Assembly: GCF_006345805.1 (NCBI RefSeq) | Contig: NW_021832684.1 | Coordinates: 1-29,960, forward strand | Direction of reading: 5' to 3' | DNA: 29,960 nucleotides | DNA from: Octopus sinensis | Lineage: Eukaryota | Part shown: positions 1-10,373 of the stretch, in pieces | Numbering within the stretch: position 1 is the first letter of the stretch | How the letters are laid out: each line of letters opens with the position of its first letter | Translations under genes and position numbers: made by a program | Notes under the pieces: generated by a model | Seen by the model: only the letters and a program-made list of their open reading frames with translations | The model's database searches: none | What the model was told of the DNA's origin: nothing

Positions 1-900
1 TCCCTGTGGACGACGATCCAAGGAGCCAGACGCTCTTGCTACGCACTCACCGGTGGTGGTCGTCGTCGCAGTCGCCGCTCTCTCTCTCTCTCTCTCTCTC
101 TCTCAACTCAAGGTGACGGGAGGAGGGATGGGGGAATTGACCACCACCACCACTACCACCACCACCGCCAGCCACCACCCTCGCCACCTCTGACCTCTGT
201 GTATTTAGCCGGTTGAGCTACGACAACAATATAACAGTGTTACATTGACAATTACATGTGTTGCGAAAAAAAGGTGGAGGCGGCGGCGGAGGGGGAGAGG
301 AGGGAGGAGGATGAGGCGCAACTAACCTCCACCACCACCACCACTGACACCACCATCGCTGCTACGGCTGCTGCTGCTCCTGCAACGGCCACCACCACAG
401 CAAACACCTTCCCTCGCTCCCTCCACCCGTTCGCATCACGACCACCACCTCCCCCACCACACATCACCCCAATGATTGGTTACAGAAGCAGTGAGCAGTG
501 GAAGGCGGAGATAAGTTTCACTTTAATTGTAAAGCTACTCCGCCTACTCCTCTCATTTAATCGCGCGCGCGCATTTGTGTGTGTGTGTGTTTGTATGTGC
601 GTATGTGTACGTGCGTGTGTCTATGTGTGTGTGTGTGTGTGTGGCGACATTTATATAATTGGCTTCACTCAAATAAACCACAGCGGGAATTGGTAATGAT
701 GATGGTGATGATGTTTGGCTGCTTTTGTTGTTCTTCTCGCTGTTGATGTGGTTTTCTCTCACATTATTAACGTCGTCGTAGCCCTTGTCGATTAGAACAA
801 TATCATCAAAGGTGCTCCGGACGTGACCATCCCTTATTATTAGAAGTACAGAGGGGAAAAAAATTGAGGAAAATTAAGCTGCCATTTCCAGCAGATCAAG
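1..900. promoter_or_regulatory. GC/CpG-richer non-TE segment, candidate cis-regulatory region
   Basis: Many CpGs versus AT-rich flanks; CCAATGATTGG (CCAAT on both strands, ~469-479); TATA-like TTTATATAA ~650; AACAAT (796-801) next to CATCAAAGG (804-812). Motif matches only. Confidence 0.3.
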
Positions 901-961
901 TGGTCGCGCAGAGGCTCCATAGCTGACTTGATAAATATCGCAGTTGTTTGTTATACTTGTG

Positions 962-1099
962 TGCACACACACACACACAGATGGATGGATGGATGGATGG
1001 GGATGGATAGACAGGCAGGCAGGCAGACAGACAGACAGGTAGACAGATAGACAGATAGTTGGATGGATGGATAGATATATTAGATAGATAGATAGATAG

Positions 1100-1162
<63 letters not shown>

Positions 1163-1200
1163 GTAGGTAGACAGATACATAGGTCGGTAGACAGGTAGAT
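962..1200. repeat. Compound microsatellite (CA)n/(GGAT)n/(GACA)n/(GATA)n
   Basis: Direct reading of tandem units. Confidence 0.97.
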
Positions 1201-1339
1201 AGATTTCATTTTTCGTTACTATTTTCTCCCTCAAAATAGGATTTCTTTAACAATATGATTTTAACACGCGCTTTCACATAAAAATGCTTGCGAAACAAAT
1301 TCGAAAGCGATACATGCTTCCCAGCGACATACGTGCGTC

Positions 1340-1697
1340 CCAACTACATGGTTCCGGGTTCAGTCCCACTGCGTGACACCTTGGGCAAGTGTCTTCTGCT
1401 ATACCCTCGGGCCGACCAAAGGCTCATGAGTGGATTTGGAAGACAGAAACTGAAAGAAGCCCGTCGTATGTATGTATATATATGTATGCATGTATCTTTG
1501 TGTCTATGTTCGTCCCCCACCCCACCCCTGTGTCAGTGCTTGGTAACCGGTGTTGGTGTGCTTACGTCCACATAATTTAGTGGTTCGGTAACTAAGTACT
1601 AAGTTTTAAAAAACACGTCCTGGGGTCGATTTGTTCGATTAAATTTCTTCAAGACAGCGCCCCAGCATGGCCGCAGTCAAATGACTGAAACAAGTAA
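1340..1697 (+). mobile_element. tRNA-derived SINE family A, 5'-truncated copy
   Basis: B-box GGTTCAGTCCC 1357-1367, then CCTTGGGCAAGTGTCTT...GAAAGAAGCCCGTCGT, short TATG tract, body ending CCAGCATGGCCGCAGTCAAATGACTGAAACAAGTAA; colinear with the 3467-3918 copy. Confidence 0.9.
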
Positions 1698-1757
1698 TAT
1701 ATATGTATATATATGTATATATATATATATAATTATATATACACATACACACATATG

Positions 1758-1800
<43 letters not shown>

Positions 1801-1801
1801 G

Positions 1802-1842
<41 letters not shown>

Positions 1843-1843
1843 G

Positions 1844-1891
<48 letters not shown>

Positions 1892-2034
1892 TATACACAC
1901 ACATATGTATGTAAATATACATACATATGTGTGTGTATGTATATAAATGTCTGTGTATACATACATACATACATACATACATACATACATACATACATAC
2001 ATACATACATACATACATACATACATACATGTGT
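1698..2034. repeat. (TA)n/(CA)n/(TACA)n microsatellite with a higher-order unit ACACACATATGTAAA(TA)n x3
   Basis: Direct reading. Confidence 0.95.
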
Positions 2035-2132
2035 GTTATTGTTTGTGTATCATTATTGCCTTTGACAGGCCTTTGGGCGAAACAAAATATATTTTGTTGG
2101 AGTCAGTAATGAATTCAACAAACTGAACACAC

Positions 2133-2249
<117 letters not shown>

Positions 2250-2713
2250 TGCGCGTACGCATACACACTGAGCGGTCTATATTGCTGTGACGTCTGTCTT
2301 TGCGTATAGATTCCATCTTTCCGAAATATTCTATAATTTGCTTGAACAGTGTAGGATATAGGCTCGGGGTTTGCTGTGTAGTACATACATGTATGGTTCT
2401 TCTGTAATTATAAATTCCTTTCACGCGGCAGATTTCCATCTCCCTCTCTCCTTCTTTTTCTCTACTTCTCCCTCTTTCTTTCCATATTTGTTTGTGTTTA
2501 ATTTTGTACAAACTTTTATGGAATATACACGTTACTGTTAAGTTTTCAGTTCAATTGGAGGATTTTTATGCAATTGTCAAACAGTTTACTTAACGAAACA
2601 GTTCAAAACTATATTGTACTCCTTGCATGAGTAACCGGCCTGGCAGCTCCTACATGCCGAGCCCCAGCCCCGCCGGGATGTCGTTTGGATAGCTCCACCC
2701 TTCTCATTCTCTT

Positions 2714-2783
<70 letters not shown>

Positions 2784-2787
<4 letters not shown>

Positions 2788-2979
2788 ACGAAAAGAGAAA
2801 AAACGAAGACAGGTGGTGTACAAAACAGACAGATGTATTAGTATAATGCTCAGGAATAGAAAAGGTCTTTTACGTTTCGAGCCTATGCTCTTCTACAGAA
2901 AGGGACACAGAAAAAAACAAGGAGAGAAACAAGGTGACAAAAAAAATGTGTGTAGTGGCTAACGATCTATCATGGCGAC
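2784..2979 (-). mobile_element. Short interspersed element family C (copy 1), embedded in (TA)n/(GA)n
   Basis: Highly similar copy at 23194-23386 (GAAGACAGGTGGTGTACAAAAC...GTGGCTAACGATCTATCATGGCGAC); microsatellites on both sides. Confidence 0.9.
2864..2902 (-). ncRNA. Minimal hammerhead-ribozyme-like motif (variant core CUGUAGA)
   Basis: Minus strand CTTT-CTGTAGA-A-GAGC-ATAG-GCTC-GAAAC-GTA-AAAG: stem II 4 bp, GAAACGUA palindromic minimal stem III, stem I CUUU/AAAG. A6 is replaced by U. Confidence 0.6.
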
Positions 2980-3019
2980 TATATATATATATATATATAT
3001 ATAATAGAGGGAGAGAAAG

Positions 3020-3633
3020 AGACTCTTGTGGTCACTGTGTAGTGAATCCGATCTCCTCATCGTCAAAACAGTTTTTCAAAAGTCGAAGAATTTCAAGACC
3101 AGCCGGAAGCAAGCATCCAAGATTTGGTCATTACCATCTGATAGATTATATCATCACTCATCCTTGTGACAGGTGCGAGACATCAGCATCATTGCTCTTC
3201 ACTCACTGTCGGAGAGAGTTTGGTCAGATCACAAGGTAATTCACTGTCACATTAACGTGCACGTGAAGAAGACCATTCTTAATAATCTCAGAAAAGTGAA
3301 TGTCAGCAAGTCGAGGGATTGGGATTCCCTAAATTCTTTTCAGTCTCTGTGATTCGAACTGGCATTTGGACCATCACGGTCGGATTTTAAGAATGGTGTG
3401 CAAGGATCGGTTAAAGAAACGGTAAGATTTGTTCGTCACAAAAATCACGATTGATTTGATACATAGGGCGTAGGAGTGGCTGTGTGGTAAGTAGCTTGCT
3501 TACGAACCACATGGTTCCGGGTTCAGTCCCACTGCGTGGCACCTTGGGTAAGTGTCTTCTACTGTAGCCTCGGGCCGACCAAAGCCTTGTGAGTGGATTT
3601 GGTAGACGGAAACTGAAAGAAGCCCGTCGTATA

Positions 3634-3691
<58 letters not shown>

Positions 3692-4210
3692 ATATGTAGG
3701 TGTTTGTGTGTCTGTGTTTGTCCCCCCCCCCAACATCGCTTGACAACCGATGCTGGTGTGTTTACGTCCCAGTAACTTAGCGGTTCGGCAAAAAAGAGAC
3801 CAATAAAGTAAGTACTAGGCTTACAAAGAATAAGTCGTGGGGTCGATTTGATCGACTAAAAGGCGGTGCTCCAGCATGGCCACAGTCACATGTCTGAAAC
3901 AAATAAAAGAGTAAAAGAGATATGACCTTCATATTACACCACTCTTGGAAGACACGCATCGATGATGTCACAAAATCTGGATGATGGATAAGAAATGTCC
4001 TAAAAAAATCGATCATTCACTGCTGTCAAAAGCAAGGCATCATCAAGGCTAAGAGAAATGAAAGAACGAGATGAGAAATCAAGCAGTAACCTTGCAACAG
4101 GCAAGTATGAGAAGAAGGGCGTCTTAGGCCCAGTTGAATCGTTAATTGGTTCCCCCTTGACAGACAAAAAAGATATCAAATGTTGGGAAGAGCATTTTAC
4201 CGATGTCAAG
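3020..4210 (+). mobile_element. Degraded RTE-clade LINE (AP endonuclease C-terminus plus linker), interrupted by a SINE
   Basis: Frameshifted peptides KTVFQKSKNFKTS/KHPRFGHYHLIDYII, WSDHKVIHCHINV...RKVNVSK and, after the SINE, SRLREMK...SPLTDKKDIKCWEEHF match recalled RTE/BovB motifs HPRSKHWHLIDY, WTDHRLI and LITDKEKILERWAEHF. Confidence 0.8.
3467..3918 (+). mobile_element. tRNA-derived SINE family A, full-length with internal (TA)n
   Basis: A-box TGGCTGTGTGG 3477-3487, B-box GGTTCAGTCCC 3520-3530, (TA)n 3630-3695, 3' body and A-rich tail AAATAAAAGAGTAAAAGA. Confidence 0.92.
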
Positions 4211-4875
4211 AAAAAAGAATCGTATTATTGACTGCAAGAGTTAAAAGCTTAATATTGCTAACGTAGTCGTACTGGAACATAACATAATAGAGTTCTCCTA
4301 GTTTACATTAGTAATATATGTGTTTGTATGTGTATGTGTGTGATTCTTTCAACACATTTTTCAATATTTTTTATAACATATTCACAATGAAAAGGCGAGA
4401 AGGGAATCGGAATTTTCCTTGGACAATTGTACGTAGCTCTGTCTAGAGCGAGTTCGCCTCTGAAAGAAACGATAAAAATAAATGATAACGATTCTCAAGA
4501 TAGAAGTGACAAGTGAATAACAAAGGTCGTTGTTTTCCAAAGCTGTTTTCTTTCAAGGCTGCACCTGAAGCACTTTGTGTTCCAGAAACAAATGCAATTT
4601 CGAAAGAAATTGTCAAATAAAAATTTCAAAATCTTTATTGTTTACTAATCAAGCGTGAAAATTCCACGTGTACTGTTAGTACATCTAATATGTGTCAGCC
4701 TTAATCTAATACAAATCGCCATAAAATCTAAACAAGACAATAAAGAGAATGGAATGACGAGTGTACCAAGATAATATCAGTCTCTGTTTCAGTAACAGTG
4801 TTGTAGATGTAGGCATCATGAAATCTTATATCGAAAGATACAAATGTAATCTTGATGGCACATATCACACACATG

Positions 4876-4916
<41 letters not shown>

Positions 4917-4923
4917 ACGCACA

Positions 4924-5247
4924 TCTATATATATGCAAAATTGAGAATGTGTGTCTGTTTGTCTGCCTGTCTGTCTGTGTGTCTGTATGTATGCATCACT
5001 AAAACTGAAGAACTACCCAACGGATTTCATCCCAAATTTCACACGTAACTTATTTAGGGTCCATTCAGTGTCAAGGACCAAAATCATTTTCAGCTACCTG
5101 CCTAATACGAGCCCGGAGCAATCTCTTATATCTCACACTATTTCAGCATTACGTGACAAAAGTGAAACAATAATATCTCTATTGTAATGTGAGATAATAC
5201 TTTCAGTTTTTAATAGTGAAACTATTAATACTTTCACTATATATTTG

Positions 5248-5306
<59 letters not shown>

Positions 5307-5510
5307 TACCCCCCACCATTGTTTGACTTAGCGGTACAGTAAAAGACACTGATAGAATAAGTACTAAGCTTACAAAGAATAAATCCTGTAGTCGATGTGT
5401 TCGACCAACTGCGGTGCTCCAGCATGGCCGCAGTCACACGACTGAAACAAGTAAGACAATAAAAAAACTACGCCATTTTAATCCCGAGCAGATCCGGGTA
5501 TCTCTACTAG
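4924..5510 (+). mobile_element. Non-autonomous Helitron-like element
   Basis: Starts A|TCTATATAT (4923|4924) followed by a (TGTC)n tract; ends with GC hairpin CCCG-AGCAGATC-CGGG (5483-5498) then CTAG|T (5507-5510|5511); insertion between A and T. Confidence 0.7.
5250..5467 (+). mobile_element. (GT)n plus SINE A 3' body, inside the Helitron-like element
   Basis: AAGTACTAAGCTTACAAAGAATAA...GCGGTGCTCCAGCATGGCCGCAGTCAC...CTGAAACAAGTAA matches 3810-3905. Confidence 0.88.
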
Positions 5511-6146
5511 TATATGTATATATATAAAGCTTTTTACACGTGCATTTCAAGGCAAGCTTTCATGACATGTCATTGATTACACATATAAACATAGAGGCGT
5601 GAAATATACGTTGGAATAACACAACTATTGAAGGACAGCGATATACAAGGAAAGAATATTTGAATGAATCGTTCCTGCTGTGCATGCGGCATATTTTGTT
5701 GACCTCACACAACGGTGAACTTGCTACAAGCTTCAGCTTTGTCAATAAGACTAAATATATATCGATCAGACGGCGGATTGGTAGAATCATTACAGCTTTA
5801 AATAAAATGTATACGGTTCTAACTATGGGCATTTAAGTTTCGAGTTGTAATACTACCGAGGTCAGCATCGCCTTTCACTCCTCTGCTGGCCTGCGATCAG
5901 CGTTTGGGAAAGGGAAGCAAGTGGATCCTGATGAATTAGTAACGATGAAATCGGTTTATTCGAGTCTCGGCTCAAACAACCAAACAGATTTTCGTGGAAC
6001 TTAATTTTATAGATGTAACACTCAGCATTTTTATTTATTCATAACTCACGTTGTGTCGATACTATTCTAAGCTTTACACATTTAGCTTTGACTTCGGCTA
6101 CTGCTGCCATTTCACTGTTCTTTCGAGAACAAATAAAAAAAATATT

Positions 6147-6545
6147 AACGAAGTCTAGCTTAGTTAAAATATGTTTGTGACATGTTTTAAATCCTAAAGG
6201 CAAACTTACTGCAGTTACCCTGAAGAAAAAATTCTTTTCCATTCTGAAAGGTGTAAAAATGACCATATCTACCCAGTGTTTCCCTTTGGCGGATTCCCAG
6301 ATGCGCGTTTCTGGCTTTTTGGCCTTCCTCAATGGGAAATACAAAAGGGAGGTAACACTGAGAAGATTCAAAGCTGTGATTTTCACTAAAAAAAAAAACT
6401 TCAACATTAGTGACGGAGTTGCGCCAGTAGGAATTAAAGTAGCAACATCAGTGTCAAATAATGTTTAGGAATAAACGAAGTTTGGATTAGTTAAAATATG
6501 TTTGTGACATATTTTAACTTCTAAATGCAAGTTTGCTGCAATTCA
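6147..6545. repeat. Diverged ~70-bp direct repeat pair (6147-~6215 and 6474-~6545)
   Basis: Shared AACGAAGT..TTAGTTAAAATATGTTTGTGACAT.TTTTAA..CTAAA.GCAA; offset 327 bp. Confidence 0.85.
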
Positions 6546-6805
6546 ACGTATTTTTCTTTTTTCACATTTTAGTAAATTAAAAATAAAAGGGAATTATATT
6601 CTGTTTTGTCAACAACTTCCAGTTTGCGAGGTACAGAAATGACAATAGTTGTGATAAACCGAAATAATATGAGAAAGGTGAAGCGAAGAGGAAAAATTGT
6701 AAACTGTCAACATTTATTTTAGAGACTCTAAATGAAATAACTAGTTTATGTACAAAAATGTTATTTATACACACATGAAGAGTTTCTTGTTTATATACAG
6801 ACAGT

Positions 6806-6916
6806 CGTGGCACTCCGTCGGTTGCGACGACGAGAGTTTCAGTTGATCCGATCAACGGAACAGCTAGTTCATGAAATTAACGTGCAAGTGGCTGAGCACT
6901 CCACAGACACATGTCC
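6806..6916. repeat. Unclassified interspersed repeat fragment with two hairpins
   Basis: GC-richer island with CGTCG-GTTG-CGACG (6816-6829) and GTTGATC-C-GATCAAC (6842-6856); recalled as a high-copy cephalopod repeat, single copy here. Confidence 0.5.
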
Positions 6917-6954
6917 ATATTTTGAAATCTAAAGGTTTAAAACAATATATATTG

Positions 6955-7010
6955 GAATCGATGTGACCGATAAAACCTTTTAAAGCTGTGCTCCAGCATG
7001 GCCAAGGGCC
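6955..7010 (+). mobile_element. SINE A 3' fragment
   Basis: GTGCTCCAGCATGGCC matches the SINE A 3' end. Confidence 0.65.
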
Positions 7011-7164
7011 AATGTCTAAGAGAAGGGCGTAAAACAGTATATATACATACATAAGTGCGTGTAAATATATGTATTTGTGTGTGTGAGTGGATCAACACAG
7101 TTTGATCCATACATGTAACTCCCAATGTGTTCAATACCCTTCTTTCGTTTGTCTACACACTCGT

Positions 7165-7165
7165 G

Positions 7166-7239
<74 letters not shown>

Positions 7240-7322
7240 ATGTATGTATATACATATATATGTATGTATGTATGTATGTCTATACATATATATGTATGTA
7301 TGTATGTCTATACATATATATA
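7165..7322. repeat. (TA)n/(TG)n/(TATG)n microsatellite
   Basis: Direct reading. Confidence 0.95.
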
Positions 7323-7480
7323 CGAAATTGCGAAGATAATCTGGTACTTGACTGACGAAAGAAAACTTCGAATGACCCGTCCTTGTTTCCTTTGTATCGT
7401 CTATCTGGATGTTTTGTTATCCCATTTTTGTATCACCTAGTTGTCCGGATGTTTTGCGTTCTTGTCCCATTTTGTATTTT
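7323..7480 (+). mobile_element. Short element between TA-rich arrays with an internal direct repeat and a degenerate hammerhead-like motif
   Basis: GGATGTTTT...TCCCATTTT.GTAT occurs twice; CTGACGA-AAG-AAAA-CTT-CGAA at 7352-7372. Confidence 0.45.
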
Positions 7481-7594
7481 ATATATATATAGAGAGATAT
7501 TTATTAATACACACACAAATTTTATGTGCGTGTATGATGTGATTGCATAGTGTGTATGTATATATATAGTGTGTGTCTGTATATGTATATATAT

Positions 7595-8150
7595 CATGTC
7601 AGGTCACTTTGAGTGCTACTGGTAACATGTAACCCAGTACAACCTGTAGCATGGTCGGGTCGTCGGCGACTAAACCGGCAACCCCACCAAGCTTGCTTGG
7701 TGAGGAGGGTATTTATTGGACACCCTGCGGGATGAAAAACAAAACCCGTCAAAGGGCGGAGGAACTCTTGAGAGTCAACGGCCATCCAATAAATGTCTTA
7801 AGGCTGTATCATGCGCGGGGACATAGAAATAATCGGACGGAATACCCGATCGCGCGGTTAAACCATTGGGAGTGAAGGACTCCCAGCCTTTGTTAGGGCA
7901 TCCTTCTAGGAGAAGGTAACTCAGGTAACTGGGATAACTCCGACATAAAACCTGCAGCTCAGTGGTTACCGATGGTGTTGACTTGTTCTTCTTTTTGGAT
8001 TATGGCTGCTGTTGCTTAGTGAGTGGGATTGACTCAGTGCACAGCCTTTCCTCACTTTAAAAAAAATCTTCTTGCACAGGCATTGCACAATAACAACATT
8101 GATTAAGCTTCGTGCAATGGCCATACTCGATAACGATGGGGACAGCCACC
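7595..8150 (+). mobile_element. GC-richer structured island, possibly the 5' UTR of an RTE-like LINE
   Basis: Several hairpins (7685-7702, 7706-7726, 7867-7885, 7902-7916); GGGCATCCTTCTAGGAGAAGG resembles recalled RTE 5' UTR sequence; no downstream ORF. Confidence 0.4.
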
Positions 8151-8618
<468 letters not shown>

Positions 8619-9684
8619 TTAATGAAAAGTCTCTAGAAAAAGATCCAGTATTTGCCCAACTAATAAATCGTCCATTAATCTTCACACAGTCGTTACGATG
8701 AATCTAATCGCTGCTCAGCTAATTAATATTTCACCTCTCTATTAGTCAGCTCCAGTCGGCTGCTGCTGCCCGCCGCCATCAAGCTAACAAGCTCCTCCGA
8801 TACCATTTAGAAAAGCTGTCTACATATTGCTTGCTTCTTTCCTTTTTCTTTCCCCATTTCAATTTTGCCAATCAATTATACAAATGTTGTTGGGAGTGAT
8901 TTCATTTTCAGCTAATCATAACAATGAGTGTGTATTGTTAGTTTATTGATGTTTAGTGTATAAATTCTTCACAAGCCTCAACCAAACAACAGCCGCCTCC
9001 ACCAATCCCTCCACCGCATCTGTTTTATTACTCAATATATATTTTCTTTGTGATTTTTTTCTTCTCTTTTCTTTTTTTTTTTACCTGTTTGGTTATAATG
9101 TGATGATTGTTCATTATTTGGAGTCCGCTACAATAAACAGACAAAGACAGAATAGAATGCAGCGGTGTTTCATCTATATTTCAGCAGGTTATGAAAGAAT
9201 AAGTACCCTTTTCATATTGAAATTTTCTTCTTAATTCTCTCTTTTAGCGGATATTTTTATTGCGTTTTCTCTGGGATTTTCTCTTTAAAAAACATAATAT
9301 TCTTTAATTATTTAAAATTAATGAGATTGCCAAATCTGTGAAAAAAAAGTCTATACTTGAAACAGCACACTAACATTATCTTTTTACAAAAAATTATTTA
9401 ATTAGATTGTGGCAACGCAGACCGCGACTGGTTTGGTGAGTTTTGCGAGGCGGCGGGGGAGGGGGTCAGATTTATGACTACAAGTTACCTGTGAGGTACA
9501 AGTGGTTTGTAAAATTGCTTTGCATCGATGGAAATCTCTCGGGCTGGATGTAATATGGATACCTTTAATGTTAAGTACTTACCGTACGCTAGAAAAATAG
9601 CGAAACGAAAATTAAAATAAACACTGCAGGTAGCCAAGACACACAGAGCTGCGCTCACTTATGCAGTGCGTAGCAGAAATCAGA

Positions 9685-9695
9685 TAATAATAATA

Positions 9696-9735
<40 letters not shown>

Positions 9736-10190
9736 TTCTTTATTAATCACGAAGAGTTGACAAAAGAATCAAGAACAGTACAAGTGACAAGTGGAACACA
9801 TCTCTTTAACAAAAAGGGGAAAAGCAGACGCTCCAGGGCGGTCAGATGTGAACTGGAGTATGACACGATGGTCAAGCGGAAATAGATACAAAGGCGATGC
9901 AGGTGTTCGACGCTCTTCTTTCGACGCATTTCAGGAATAGCTTGTTGGTCAATTCCTGTGCGGCCACCCTGCTTACCAGCTCTCATTCCAGTTTTTCTCC
10001 ACCTGGAGATCTGAACTAAAGTAGACCCCCGGAGCAATTCATTAGGTTGGTCCATCCAGTGCCCCTTTATGTTGTTGATCAGAATATCAGACATGTGTGC
10101 AAGGGCCGAAGTGCAGACCCACTGACTTCATCCGTTTGATTTTGGCTTCTGTTACTGTTTCGTCTTCCTTAGAATGGTGCCTCATACTCC
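9685..10190 (-). mobile_element. Probable LINE 3' end (clade unresolved) with (ATT)n tail
   Basis: Minus strand reads ...AATAAAGAAATT(ATT)n; upstream is coding-like GC content with stops; peptide SKEDETVTEA only weakly like a C-terminal zinc-knuckle region. Confidence 0.45.
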
Positions 10191-10199
10191 CTGGGCACC

Positions 10200-10337
10200 A
10201 TGCCAGCAATTCTGAGGTTCAGTTACATCGACCCCAGAACTTGACTGGTACGTTATTATATCAGCTCCAAAAGGATGAAAGGGAAAATCAATCTCGGCGG
10301 GATTCGAACTCAGAACGTGAAGAGACAGAAGAAATAT
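10200..10337 (-). mobile_element. SINE family B fragment
   Basis: ATCGACCCCAG...AAAGGATGAAAGG...GGATTCGAACTCAGAACGT, matching 10555-10650. Confidence 0.85.
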
Positions 10338-10373
10338 AATAATAATGATAATAATAATAATAATAATAATAAT

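Noticed and set aside
252-762. ORFs 252-467, 256-696 and 553-762
   Set aside because: Built from (ACC)n, (GCT)n and (GT)n low-complexity tracts; no recognisable domain.
1639-2109. Poly-YI/VC/HT ORFs here and at 7966-8701, 13137-13919, 22497-23887 and 27312-27794
   Set aside because: Stop-free translation of (TA)/(CA)/(TATG) microsatellites.
3467-3545. tRNA gene
   Set aside because: A and B boxes are present but I could not build a cloverleaf, and it continues into a SINE body; it is a SINE head.
5928-5960. CTGATGA...GAAA hammerhead-like match
   Set aside because: Stem II is only 3 weak pairs and stem I does not form; likely chance.
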